Shown piece after piece: positions 1-13,030 of a DNA stretch of 64,000 nucleotides. Numbering within the stretch: the stretch's first letter is position 1; each line of letters opens with the position of its first letter. Source of the stretch: Raillietiella orientalis. Its lineage: Eukaryota. The DNA lies in contig JAYWIR010000008.1 of assembly GCA_036172245.1 (NCBI GenBank), positions 5,022,001 to 5,086,000 on the forward strand, written 5' to 3'. Position numbers and translations under genes: made by a program. Under the pieces are notes generated by a model, which saw only the letters and a program-made list of their open reading frames with translations, ran no database searches and was not told where the DNA came from.

Positions 1-749
1 CCTTGGGAAATACCGGGCTCTGAGCTTCGAGGCAGGAGGAGCATGGAGGACGGTGGGAAAGGGTAAGGAGAAAGAAGTGGGGTAGAAATTCTCGAAATAT
101 ATCCCCTCTCAGAGTCAGACAGTCGATTCGGGGACCTTTGCCACGGGTCACTCGGGTCATCCACTCTCTGCGCTTGACCCGCTCGCTCCACTCGCCAGTT
201 CTCGGCCGCTGCGTCCTCCCCTTCCCTCCCCAAGCCACCTGCCTCCGAGGCCTCCTCGACTCCCGATCGCATTCCTCCTGGGATCTCAAGGTCCTCCCGT
301 ATAATCGGAGGTGGGTTGCCCGGCCAACAGCACTCTCTAGAGCTCCCAGTGGCGGCGGCCAGATTGTACTGTACTGTACTGTACTCGAAACTGCACTCCC
401 GCTGGAGTAAAGTTTCGGGCTGGTCGGGCCTTCGGGCAGGATGGACGTCCAAGTGAGATGCCATCGGGGTAACCAACGGCTGCCATCCGACAGAATGCGC
501 TGTCGGGGACCATTCGCGACCATTCGCAGCTGGAATTTTCACCCGGTTTCTCCAGAGCGTTTGTTTCATATATATGAAAAAAAAAAAAACGTTCACAATC
601 TCTGTGGTTGGACCAGTCCAGCCACGTGCGTTTCAACGGGGCCCTGCTGGGTTACCGGTACACAGGCCAGAGAGCTTCTCCATGGCAGCAGAGAGGGGGG
701 AGGGGATAAGCAAAAAGAAAAGGAAATAAAAATAAAAATAAGTAAATAA

Positions 750-3700
750 ACTTTGGGGTGGTCGTAGTGCAGGAAGGGATCACGTCCTGCTGTAGGCGGT
801 CCTGTGCTCCTCTGCAGGATGCCGGCAAGCTCTCTCTACATGGTGGGATCATCTTGTTGCCATCCTCAAGAAGCGGACGGTACAGTGGATGGCATCCCTG
901 TCGATGCGCCCTCCACTTAGGTCGCTCCGGCAGCGATGATCCCCGCTAGCAGCTCCCTGCTGCTAGCGAGACTGCCGGTCGAAGGGGGTCGCGTAGAGGA
1001 AAGGTTTTAGAGTCCCTGGAGTTGCCGCCGGGGTCGCAGCAAAGTGTTCCCAGAGGGGCCGGAGGGCAACACAATCCGCAAGCAGGTGCGGGAGGGATTC
1101 ACGCTCCCTGCACCTGGCGCAGTTCGGGTCCACACCCCTCCCGTGCCCAGTGATGTCGGCGCCAGGATCCGCAGCTGGGAGGCAGGTACGCTGGTGCATC
1201 CCAAAGATCGAAATGCCCTGCGTGGGGATGCCGAACATCTTGCACGTCCGACAGGAGTCTCTGGCCGTGCCTGGGCTGCTCACTGACTCCATTCTTTCAT
1301 CCCTTAGGGGTCCAGGAGCTTCCGCCGGAGAGGATCCAGGGAAGCACCTTCTTCAGGATCCCCGTCGAGGCCATCAGGCGAGAGGGAAGCAGGTCGACAG
1401 TCCAAGGTCTCCTTCCTTATCACGCTTCCCGTTCTCCTCGAAGCGTGGGAGGCGGCGCGCGGGGAGAACGAGAGGGGGGATTTTATCGCGTTGGCTCTCG
1501 GCATCCACGACCGGTTATCTCCCTGGGGTTTCCTAGGCGCGACAGACGAACGGGAAGTCTCCGTGACGCCCGTGGCCACCGGTGCCGCAGTTCTTTCTCA
1601 GGTGCTGGGAGGGACAGCCGGGTGAGGGAAGCAGTAGGGGCGACAGCGCGGGCGACAATGGGAGCAAAGGGATCGAGAGGAGTGAAACAGGGGGTAGGGA
1701 AAGAAAACCGTCCTGGAGAGCTGGAGGCGTCCGTGCTCCGTCGGATGCTGCAAGGAGCCGTCCGCTGTCAAGGCTTACTTGAGTTTCCGAAGGGAGGCGG
1801 CACCCACGAAGAGATCGCCAGGATTTCCGGGGAGCGAGACGCTATCGGAACGTTACCAGTGGTTCATCTGACCTCTATGCATGCTAAAGCCTGAGGGGTG
1901 GGAAAAAAGGAGGCCGGAGTGGCTTCTTCACCATTGGACGCTGGTCCGTGAAGTGTGGAGGAGAAACAAAAGGGCGATTTCCTCTTCCTCCCTCAAGGAA
2001 GAAGGCGGAGCAGCCACACTGGGTCCTCAAGCCAAAAAAGAAGCTACATCGCCGCCTACCTTGGGGAAAAAGGTGGCTTCTCGGTCGGTCGTCCCGGCTT
2101 GGGTGGACGCGGCAGGAAAAGACCGGCGGACTTCTCCCAGTCAGCGATGATGAGGCTTTCGGCTGCTCCTGCTTTCCCGAAGGGAGAGAGAAGGAAGCGA
2201 GCGCATGACCGAGCAGGGAAACGGGGGTAGAGTGAAGGGAGGCTAGGAGACCCCAGTTGCTCTCGCGCAGCCCATGCTGCGTGACGTCATCGGGAGCGCT
2301 TTTCGTCTCCACGGTCTCGCGAGCAGGCACAAGGAACGGGAAGAACGCGCCGAGATCCTCTCGCCTTTCCCGCGGCCTGTCGCTCTCCCGACTGGCGATG
2401 CAGGTCCCGCTTTTCTGCTTCCCCACGGGACTTTCGCTCTCTGGTCAGAAGGAGAGTTGGAAGGCGCAGGTTATATCCCATCCTCCTGCGCTCGCCACCT
2501 CCCCGCCCCACCCCTGCGCTACCATTTTGCCGGGCTCGTTGGTGACATACCGGCAGGGTTACAGTTGGGACACCGGGGGAGATCCTCTGGAGCGGGTGTG
2601 CTAGGGTAAGGGGCAAGTGGGGTCGTTTCCGGGACAAGGACGTGCGCTGCGGTCTGCTCCGCGTTCCCCATCAGCGATTGACGCCTGTGACGGAAGGGTT
2701 GGCCCCTCCACTTCCTGAAAAGGAAGCCTTCCCAGAAAGTAGGGTGGCGGTGAGCTCCCCTGTGCGCACCGGTGGAGTGCAGGGGCTGGCCTGGGGGCAG
2801 AAGAGGCCGGGGTAAGCGAAGGGATGCGACATCTCCCTCACAGCATCTTTCCCGAAAGCACAGGAGCGAGGAGGAGGAGGGAAAGGAGTGTCGGCTTCCC
2901 GCACCGCACACCGCGCGGGGTAGGAGGAGCGGGAGGAGGAGGAAGAGCTTTCTCGCTCGCTCGCACGCGCCGGTGCCGCCGTCCCGCTCCGAACGAAGAG
3001 CCGCGTCGACTCGCGCAGTTCGCCGCAGGGACACCAGAGAGCAGGGCGGTTGGATGCGCGACCGCTGCTGCTGCCGCCTCGGGTGCCGCCTGGCGGCGAC
3101 GGCGTGCCGCGAGCAGGGCGGCCTCGGATAGCGCATTTCGCGGCTCGACGGCGTGCGGTTCGTCCGCTCGCAGCAGCGTTGGGCCACTCGAACGACGACG
3201 CCGTTGGAGGGCGCGCGCGCGCGCGCGGAACGCCCTGCGTCGAGCCCCGCCACCCCCTGCAACCTCGTCTCTCTCGCCTGGTCCTCCGGGACGGCCGCCG
3301 CTGCGGAGGCGCCGCATCCCTGCTGCTGGGTGACCGTGGAGGCCGCGCCAGGGTGCGCCACCACACGACGGTAAGTGCCCTTGCCCTCCTCCCCCGTCGC
3401 CGCCGTTTTTTTTCGTGGTCGCCCTTCCTTTTGCCCCATCGTCTCCCGCGCTCCCGACCACTCGGGGAAGGTGGGGCTGCGGGCGCCGGATTGGGGCGAA
3501 ACGTGCACCCGGGGGGTCGAAGGAGAAGGGCGCTCGTCCCTGTTGGGCGATCGGCGTGGAGGTGGGCGCGCGGAGTACAGCGGCAGCAGGCCGGCCGGTT
3601 TCCGGCGGCGTCACCGCGGGAGGGTAGCCGCAGGTCTCGCCAGTGCTCTGGAAGAACCGAAGGCGCTCCCGTCGCCCCCTTTCGGGGTCCCACCGTGCGC

Positions 3701-6000
3701 CAACGCATCCACGCCTGCGCCCCTCTTTTCCCTTCGGAGAGGAGCGGCGCGCCCACTCCCTGCTTCTGCCTCGTCCCGGGCGTTGCCGAACGTTCCGTGG
3801 TTTCCCTCTCTGGGCGTCTTAGCGGTGGCGGGCGGAGCAGCCGGGAAGAGCCCCGTCCAGCATAGGGCACGGAAAAGTAGGGGGAGCCTAGAGACAGCCG
3901 GAGGAACGTGGGGGAGGGGAGGACCGCTCGCGAGGGTATTTTCACTTAACCCGCGCGGGCGGGCCTGCAGCCGACGCCTGCCAACTTCCCCCCCACGCCG
4001 CGTAAATATTTACGCCGGCGCCCTCCGTAGCCACCGTCTCCTGGGCAACGGGGCGCAGGGCGCGGGCTAAGCGGCTCCCACCCCATCCTCTTAGAACGAC
4101 GGCGTTGGGCTGCTTGCTGCCCCAGCACGGCGGCGCTCGTGTCGCCTCCACTGAAGTAGGGGTGTCTCCCACGAAGAAGGGGAGGAGGGAGGGAGGAGGT
4201 TTGTCGGAACGGCAGCGGACAGTTCCAAGCGTGGTCACCGGAAGGACTGGGGAATGACTGCCTCTCGCGTGCCTTCTCTCACCCCTCTTCTGTTTTCTGC
4301 TTTCAACCTCGCTGCGTTCCTATGCCACCCCCACCCCCTGCCCTGTTTTCTCGCCGCGACTACTCCTTGGCAACGCCCCTCCTTCCCCTCCGCGGGTACG
4401 TCGCCGCGGCGACGTTCGTCCCTTCTGTTCGTGCGGTTCGCCTCTGAGACGATCCCCGTCCCCGCCCCCATCCGGTCGGTCGTCTCCGTGGCAACCGTCG
4501 CCAGGCACCTTGTGCCGCCCCGCCGTCGCCGCGGCGAACCGCACTCTGTTGGGACGGGGGGCGGCGGCGCAGGCTGCTGCACGTTCGTTGCCTGGAGGAC
4601 AAGGAGCTGCCACAGCGCCACATCCCTCGTGCACCTTGCGCGTTTTCCCTCTCGATGCGTCGCGCTCGGTCGCCTTGCCGGTTGTGCCTATGCTGCCGGG
4701 AAGGCGCGCGTGCCATCCTCCTCCTCCTCTCCTCTCCTCTGCAGCCTCCGGCGCCGCTCCACCTCCCGGAGCCCCCTGAGCGGGAGGAAAGGCCCTGGAC
4801 CTCCCTCCTTCCGAACGGAGCCGCAGCTCGGAAGAGCGGCCGGACGGAGCCTCCACGTTCCTGAAAGGTGGACTTTCCACCCATAGGAGCGGGGGGCCCT
4901 CTACTTCCGCCGGATGCCCTCACCTCCTCTTGCCCTCCCTCGAGGCGACGCAAATGTCGCTTCCGGCGTCCCTCCGCTCCAGGATAGCGGGAGGGATCCC
5001 TCCCTCCTGGCGGTCTGCCCTGCTTTCGCCACTTGCAGTGTGGCGTCAGTACCGGCTATCCTGTCCCCGAGTACCCCTCGTTATCTCCGGCACGCTCCCA
5101 ATCTGTGGGTGCCCCTCCCCTGCCCTCCCTTCCAGGCGTCGCCTCGTGCATGCCCCTGCCTTTCGGGCAGGAGACCTTTCCTGTGCGTGCGTGGGTCACT
5201 CCTGGGGAGGGAACGTTTCGGCATCCCCATTTTTCTCGTTCTCCTGCACCGGACAGCGCCCGGCAGCCTGCCGGTACTTCCAGGAGTGGCGTCTTGCCGG
5301 AAGCGCGTGTGCGCCTCGCAGTTCCGCCTCCCTTCATGCCTTTCCCCATCCCTGCATCACGAAAGGAGGCGCTGTTCGTTCCCATCAGGGTTTGTGTGGA
5401 CGCCTCTCCATTCTCCTCTCCTGCTCCTCGTCCCGGGCTCCAACGCTTCCCGGGAGCACGCTCGCGGCACGCCGGCGTTTCTCAGCTGCCTTTCCCCTCC
5501 TCCGCCGTCCTCATCGTTCCCGTCGTTTCTCTCTCTTTCCTGACCATCGCCGTGCTCGCAGGAGAGAGACCTGGAAATGCTTCCGAGATCACCACCGAGG
5601 CATTGCCCTGGGACGCTGCCTTGGGAGTGTGGGTGGGGAGAGGGCAGGGGTCGTCGAGTTTGAAGCGCTCCTGGCCCACTCCTTACGGGGGAGAGGCGTC
5701 AACAGCCGGAGGAGGAGGAGGGGTGGCGCCTGGGTCTCCTCCCTCCTGCCATCCCATCCTTCCCGTCGCCTTCTCCTCTGCCAGCCGCTAACCGTCCTGG
5801 CCTCCCCGCTCCTGGATGCCCTCTCTCCAGACGTGCACCCCCCTCATGTAGTCAACCGTCCATGTCTTGCCGCTCTGTCGTCCCTCGGTGCGCAGCTCCA
5901 GAAGCTGTTCCTGGATTGCGGGAGGGAGCGACTTCCCGGACGCTAATGCCATCGAGCTGGGGTCGGTACTCCCCCTCTTCCCCGTCCCTTTCGCTGCTGC
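750..6000 (-). mobile_element. Degenerate Tx1/L1-like non-LTR retrotransposon ORF2 relic, split by a ~1.85 kb insert (about 2920-4770)
   Basis: Minus-strand motifs in correct order: EEVRA..PAPMG..STFQE (PGPDG region, ~4900); PTLLSL..KML / PGLFCPQ (RPIxLL..P.lI.P.Q, ~2890-2790); SAPDDVT (YADD, ~2290); FGKAGA..ADWEKSAGLF (N.EKS, ~2130); CARCRERESLPHLLADC..LW (zf-RVT, ~1050-1125); weak endonuclease-end similarity ~5600-5900. Frameshifts and stops throughout. Confidence 0.65.
2920..3376 (+). promoter_or_regulatory. CpG-rich promoter-like block with candidate non-coding first exon ending at 3370
   Basis: Very CpG-rich, (GC)8 at 3211-3226, consensus donor G|GTAAGT at 3370/3371. No in-frame ATG between the stop at 3129-3131 and the donor, so it would be 5'UTR splicing to the acceptor at 15457. 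Confidence 0.4.
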
Positions 6001-7399
6001 TTGGACCACCCCCCAGGAACGCCTGCGCCTATGCTCCGGTGGCGCGATCGCCGTCTCTCCCCGGCCCAGCCTCTCAACGCATGCGCATCCAACCACTCCT
6101 TTCGTCCGGATGCGCCGCCCGGGTCCATTCCGTCCAGCCGATGGCGCGCCACCCTCTTCGGTGCAGTGGGGCGGGTGGGGTGTCGGCCAGTCTGCTCTGT
6201 ACCGGCGAAGGAGCACGCGCGCGCCTTGCGAAAGCCCAGCGGACAGAAACGACGCGCCCACCAACGACGCGGTTTCAGCGCGCAGGCGCGTCTTACTCGT
6301 AGCCGCCTTGCGAGCGACGCCCCCTCGCGGGGAGGTGCGCCGCCCTTTCCGCCGGCACGCGCGGGCGAAAGGGGAAGACGGCGGCAGCGTGCAGCGTGCG
6401 ACTGGGACCACGGTCGTCTCTTCCGTCCCTCCGCGCGCCTGGAGGCTGCGAAACCACGAGCTCTTCCGCCCCCGCGCTTCCCGGTCGATCACTTGGGGTG
6501 TCGCCCAGTGGGCTTCCTTCCTCTTTTCTGTTCCCTTTTCGGACGGCAGCACCGTCGCTCCCCTCATGTCTCCCTGCCTTTTCTGCTGACCGGACTCTCC
6601 CGGAGGGTGAAGTCAAGCGTCCTCGTCGTCGTCCCGGAAACGGGAAGGGATGTCGTGCGTCTACTGCCTCGTCGGTGGATCCTCCTTTCTCTTCCTCCTC
6701 CTCCTCCTCTTTCTTCGGGATGGCGAATTTAAAAAAAAAAAAAAAACGCGCCGCCCGTACTTCCTGTAATTGTTCGTCCGGGATCCTTCCTGCTGGATGC
6801 GCCAGCCTTTCGCCGCTGCAGATCTCTTCATCCCGCTCCGAGGTGCTTTTAATCGTCGGCAGATGATGAAAGGCATCGAGGAGCTCCTGGTGACGAAATC
6901 CGGAGCACGTGGAAACGCGGATGCAGGACGCAGCTTCCGGGATGGTTTCCGTCCGAAAGCGAAACCTCCTCCCGAAGACGAAAATAGAAACAAGGCGGAG
7001 TAGGGGAGGAGGAGGGGGGGGGAGGAATAAAATGGAACGAGAAGCCCGATAGGTCGTGCTTGCAGGGCAAGGTGGCTGCTGCTGCCCGCGCTGGCGAAAG
7101 CGCGGCAGTGCCCCCGCAGCAGCAAGCTCCTCGGGACTTGTCAGGTTCGCCCGCTCGCTGTTACGGGATGTCGCGGCCGAGGGGGAGGAGGCGATTCTCG
7201 GAGGCGTTCCTCTTGCACCCCCCCCCCCCGCTGCGGGGAAGAGTGGCGCAGCGCATGGCCGCCTCCTGCGTTCTGCCTCCCTCGTGGCACGCACGTGACT
7301 CGCCTGCAGGTCTCCCTCCTTGACGCCGACGGTTGGGGCGGAGTTTCGAAGGAGCAAGCGGCACTGTTGCCCAGGGTCAGCCCCACTTCCCGGTGTCGC

Positions 7400-9709
7400 C
7401 TAGGTGAAAATGTCCCCTGCCGTCGGAGAGGGACTTAGCGCCTTCCCGCCCGTCTTGTGCTATAAATAGATCTCAAGAGGCATAAAGATTCGGACTGGCG
7501 AAGGAACTCGCGCAGATGCAGCAGGAGGAGCGAGCTGTCTCGGTTCCCGGGCGGTAGGGATAGGATGAGACGGGCAGGGTGAGGACCCTCGGCCAGGGCG
7601 AGGGGCGGCCAAACTTGTCGAAGATTTCCTTGGCGCTCGTTCGCGTGCGGTGGCGCGGTCGTTGAGGATCGAACACTTTGCAATGATTGCTGCGGGAGGC
7701 TGGAACTTCCATTTCACGACGCAGGGGGCGCGGCCCTTTCGGGGAAGCGCCGTGCGCCCTGTGGGTGGATTGCAAGGAAGTTGGACCACCAGCGCACCCC
7801 CTCCCCGCTCCTTCCGCGGTTCTTTTTGCTCTCCCTGTGAAGCACTGCACTTTCCTTTTGTCCGATTTTCCGGGGCAAGTGTGGCAACCCTGCGAAACCG
7901 AACCTATCGCCTCCACTCACCACCCTCTTCCTGGGTGTGACCTTCCCTGTCTTCCCGGGGGAAGGGCGGAAGGGTGAACAGAAAGGAAGTCCGCGCGTGT
8001 CATCCATCACAGCCGACCCTTCACATACCAGAGTTCGCAAGCTTGCCGAAGGGGTGGTTGTTTTTGGCGGGCCCACCTGGGTGCACCGGCCTACGGAAGA
8101 GCGGAGGGAATCTCGAGGCGCGCCCAGGAGGAACCCTTGCGTCCCCTTTTCGCATAGTCGAGAGGCGCATCCGACAGGCTGCTGCGCACGACCCGTGGGA
8201 CGCCGCCACCCGGACGGTGGCGGCGAAGGCGGCGCAGGTATCCCGTTCCTGTGGTCACTTGCCCTCCTCCTCTTTCCCAGAGGACGCCGGCGGGCCTCGA
8301 GCGAGCCGCGCGTTGAGGAAACCGCCGCGCCTTCCCCCGTGCCGTTGCTGCTTTGAAAAGAGAGCGCGGCGTTGCCTGCGGGCGCGTCGTCGCCGCAGCC
8401 TTTCTTGCTCCGCGCCTCCGTCTCGCAAACTGCTGGGTGCTGGGGAGGGGCAGACGCTCAGGTGGCTTCGGGTGATGCGCCGTGGAGCCGCGGCGGTTGC
8501 CTAGAGACCACTACTCGCCGCCTTCCTTCCGCGCATCCGAAGGGAGCGACTCGTGACTGCCAGGTCCTTTCGATCTTTCCAAAGGACGCCGCGACTTTTC
8601 CTCCTCCCCCCCCACTCCCCTTTCCCCGTGCTTGTCGGAACTCGGGAGCTGGGAGCGTCCGCTGCGCTGGCTCCCAAGCACCGCCCCCACCTGTCCCTTA
8701 TCGTCCTTGCTCCAAGTTTCGTGCTCCCTCGGGACCCGCTTTCCGTCCCCAGCGGCTCGGCCGTGTTTGTTTGTGTTGTGCGCTCTCCCGGTGTCCATGA
8801 GGACCCCACGCTGCCCGGGATGAGCTGCCGGGATCCCGTGTGCCAGCCAGAATCCCAGCTCGCGGGCATCCACGACCCTGCGACGCGCAAGAAAGGATAG
8901 CTTTCTTCTTGAGAGGTCCAGGTCTGATGGGGCCTGACCAGGAGTGCGGACCCGGGAAACTCTCAGCGTTTGTTTGCTCCTCGTCGCCAAACGACGTGGC
9001 GCGCGTGCTTTGCAGCAGCCGGCGTGTACGCATCGTGCAGTGCCGCCCCACTGGAGGTCTCGGAGTGCGCCTGCAGCCGAAATCCGGCTGCTGACTTTCA
9101 CAGAGGCCCGGTCTTGGCTGAAAGTCACCCTTACGATTGCTCGTCTCGTCCGAGCTCCTGGTGCCTTCTCGGGGGAGCGTGTAGTGGTGGTGCATGCGAG
9201 GAGGGATTTTTGCCTGGTGTGCATGCTATCTGGCGCCATCTTTCTTTACTGCATCCTTGCTCGGATGCCTCCTCATCTCCTCTGCATGTCTACTGGCGGG
9301 AGGCAAGCGGAGAGGGGAGGCGAAGTTCGCAAGGGCGGCGGCAACGTGGAGTGGCCGTCCGCTTAGATCCTTCGTAAATAAGGTGAGCCACCGTAAAACC
9401 GACCTGCCTCCATCCCCGCCATGTTTTGACTGACGGAGCCGGATGAGAAGCGAGTCACCTTTAAGCCTGCGCTGATGGCTGAAGGCGCCATGACGCTCCG
9501 TGCCGGTTCCCAGAGCGTGCTCCTTCGAACGGGTTCGAAAGGAACGCTCTTCTTCGGAAGAGGCGAGGCTGGCTGGCCCCTGGGCACCCACAGCTGCGGA
9601 TTCCTCCCTCCTCGGGGAGCGAGGAAGACGCGGCTTCGTCCGTTTTCTTCCAGCATTCATTTTCATAGCATTTCGAAAACCGGTCGAGGTCACGTTTGAC
9701 CCTCGCGCG

Positions 9710-9740
<31 letters not shown>

Positions 9741-10100
9741 GTGCAGCGCATTTTTGTTGTACAGGGTGAGTCAACTTCACACAGGCCCCGCTGAAGCCTC
9801 GCAGCGCCGCCGCGGAGCCAGACTTGGGCGGCTCCGTTTGACGCTGGCTCACTCTTGCGAACACTTCCGAGCGTTCGGAAGTGTTCGCAAGTCTTCCCGG
9901 TCACAACAAAAGAAGCGTTTCCTTGTTGCCACCGTGGCTGATCGGATCGCCGTGGGCAAAAGAGAGAGGTCAACCACCCTGACCACCCTCCTCCGCTCCT
10001 TCTCATCATGCCTGCAGCTTGCGCAGACGGTGCAGGGTGCGCAGGTGGAGAAGTACCTTCTTTTAAGACGGGAGTCATTCAGCAGCGAATGGGTCGCGGG
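7400..10100 (-). mobile_element. Degenerate Ty3/Gypsy pol relic (RT - RNase H - integrase)
   Basis: Minus strand: FVVTGKTCEHFRTLGSVRK (post-YLDD, ~9850-9915); VKL..QKC (~9750); DLQWGG; VVDARELG (DAS..G, ~8870); IGSVSQGCHTC (integrase Zn finger, ~7880); KEIFDKFGRP (core, ~7610). The order matches Gypsy. Confidence 0.65.
9854..9891. repeat. Perfect 17-bp inverted repeat, 4-nt loop
   Basis: CTTGCGAACACTTCCGA-gcgt-TCGGAAGTGTTCGCAAG. Confidence 0.95.
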
Positions 10101-12994
10101 GGTCAGAAGCCTCGTCCTCCCTCTCCTCCCCCTGTCGTTATGACCCAGGCCATATTTTCATTGTGTATTTTTGTTGTTGTTGCTGCTGCTTTTTCCCGAG
10201 GTGACTTCCAAGGTTCAGGCCCGGGTCACGTGAAAGACTCGACTGCGCGAGACTTCCGTATTAAAAGGGGAAACATAACGAAGTGGCGGCGCCATCCGTC
10301 CCGGAAGGTCCAGGAAATCCGCGAACTGTGCGGTGCACGTGAAGGGTTTTAGAGAGGGAGGGGGAGGGATTTTCTAGACAATTCTAAATTCGCCTCGCGG
10401 CCAGGAGTCGACCGAAGCGCGAAAAGAGCGGCGCAGATTTCGGAATGGACGGTGAGCGTGCGTGCGTGCGTGCGTGCGTTCGCCTTCTGGTGCGCTGGAG
10501 ATGGCGGAAGGTGCGGTCGGAGCGGCGCGCCCGTGTGTACATGGCCCTCCTCGTGTGTACACGGATTTTCCTTAGCCTTCCGGCCGTGCCAAGTCGGAAA
10601 AACTCCCTCTTCCTCCTCCTCCGCTTCAGCCGTTCCTCCCGTGGACCTCTCTCCTGCTGCTGCCCGCCACCGCTTGCTCGGCTCACCGCTGCTGCCCGCG
10701 CGTTTCCGGTACCTGTCAGGTGATCCCGGATGCACGGAGGGCAGGCACGCGGGAAAGCGGCCCAGCGGAAAATCAGGGACTCCTTTCTTCGCGCGCGGTG
10801 ATTGAGCTGTGCGTGACATGCGTACGACAAAAAGACACGAGTAAATCACGCGGTCCTCTCGCCGATCACGGTTGGCAGGCAGCCGTTCCCGTGTGCAGTT
10901 GCCGTGATTCGTGTTTGCCCCAACAACGGCGAGCACTGTTTGTACAGCGTGATTTATTGACACCTGATTTACTCTCCTGACAAAGCGGTAATTAATTCCC
11001 GATTCGCTGGTTGAAAAGGGGTGGAGGGTGCGCATGCTGGTCCACGAAGCACACGCGCGCGCGTGCATGCGTGTCTGTGCTGCTGGTGGTGGTGCTGGTG
11101 GTGGTGGTGGCGGCGGCGGCGGCGGCAGCTGTCTCCCCCTCTCCCCCATCGGGAACGGGAGCGGGCGTCAGCGGCCTTTCTATTGCAGCACAGGCGCGTG
11201 CGCGCGCGCGCACATGGCGATTTCGTCACCGCGCCGTTTCCGGGCGCAGGGCGCGAGTTTGCGTCGACCGTGGTCGTGGCCGGAGGATGGTGGCGCCCCT
11301 TCCATCCCAGGCGCTTGTGCTCCGTTGGAACTCCGGACGCCCGAAGGCACTTTCGGCACATCCTCGAGCGTCCCCGAACGGCACGGGTTCCTTCAGAAGT
11401 GTTCTCTCCGGTTGGCCCCAGCAGTCCTCCGTCCACACCGAAGAGACCTTTTGTTTGTTCGGTTTCCTTCCACTCCCCAGATATCTTGACCCTTGACCTT
11501 CGGGAGAAAGGGGGAGGGGAGGAAGGCGAGAGAGGCGCTTTTTCCTTTGTGGCTGCGAATTGAGATCCACACGAGATGTTTTAGTGGCAGCTTGTTTTTC
11601 CTCCGAGTCTTTGTTCGAGTCCATTTTTTTTTTTTGGGGAAAAACATCGCAAGCAAAGGGCGCGATGGGTTCGCGGAAACGGACATCACCGTTGGTGGTA
11701 ACTTTGTGCGTGCGTGTTGTTGTGTTTTGCGCGTGTGCGTGCGTGTCTTGTCCGCAGGAGACAACACCGTTTTGCGAAAGTGCAATCAGCGCTGCGCACG
11801 GCGAAAAGACGCACAGAGTGTTTCCCGGTTTCAGGAGCGCGCGCGTTCTCCCCCCTCCCCCCTCGCGATCCCGCCACTCCAGCATCGCTGGCAACTGCCG
11901 TGCGGGGGAATTTTCGAGGATCGCTCTGCGGACCACCGCCCGCCGACCCCTATCGTGGCACGTCACCGCCGCAGGGTGTTCGGTGGGGTGTCTTCCACGG
12001 AGTCGCGGTCGGGTGGGTCTGCCGCCGCTCCCGGTCTTGCGTTACTAGGAAAAGCGGAGTGAGAGGGTCGCCATGTGAGCTGCCTGCTTCCCCAACTCGA
12101 TCTCGTTCACCGTGGCGACGCGCCCGCGCGCGGTCCCCGCTTGCGCCGGTCAGTGTGGTTCGCTCGCCGTCGAGGTTGCTGTTCCCCCCCCCCCTTTCCT
12201 CTCGCCCCGGGCGTAGCCGGGTGGTATCCCCCTTTCCTCTTCCTCTTCGGAACGGTTGGCAACGCACCCGCGGCTCAGCGCACGTTTCTGCCGCCTCTGG
12301 AGCCATCTCCCTGGGTGATGCCGCTGCGGATTCGTCGCCTGGATTCCTGCATGCCGAGGGTGCGATCCGCGAGTTTGGTGGCGCGTTGCGCCCAACGCAT
12401 CGCGAGGACCTTTGGAACTGTCGTGCGTAGCAGACGCGCACCGGCAGCAGCACCAGCGCGCCTCGGTGACGTCATCGCCGTGCGATTTCGTTGCATGGAG
12501 GCGGCGTTCCATCGGAAGTGTTCGTCACTTTAGCGCGCGCATTTCCTGTGTGGAGCACCGGAAAAAAGAGGGGGGAGCAGGAGAGAGGGAGAGGAAAGAC
12601 GGAGGAGGAGGGCTTCGGCGGCGTGTGTTTTGCTTGGCACGCGAGCCATGCGCCTCGTGGGGCCCTTGGAAACGCGAATCGTTTCCCCCCGTGCAGCAGC
12701 AACAGCAGCCGTGAGCACCCTGCACGGATGCGGGTCGTACGGTAGGAACCGCCGCCGCCGCCATGTTGGCGGCCGCCGGGAACTTTCCTTACGTCGCACT
12801 GCGTGCGTGCGTGCGTGCGTCTCGCGAGGCGAATGCGCCATGCGCACGACGCACCGTGCTTCGTGCCGTGGCACGAGTTGCCATCACCGGCGCGTGGCGC
12901 TCTCGACGTATGGAGAGTTCCTCCGGGCTATATGTGTGTGTGTCTTTGTGTTTTTTTTTTTGTGTGTTTTTTTCGCTTCCCCCCCCCCCTCCCT

Positions 12995-13030
12995 CCCTTC
13001 CCTTCCCTTCCCTTCCCTTCCCTTCCCTTC
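12995..13030 (+). repeat. (CCCTT)n microsatellite
   Basis: Direct reading. Confidence 0.9.

Noticed and set aside
9747..9765. 19-nt micro-exon between a poly-T cag and gtgagt
   Set aside because: The sequence is explained as antisense RT (KL..KC) plus poly-T expansion; no supporting evidence.
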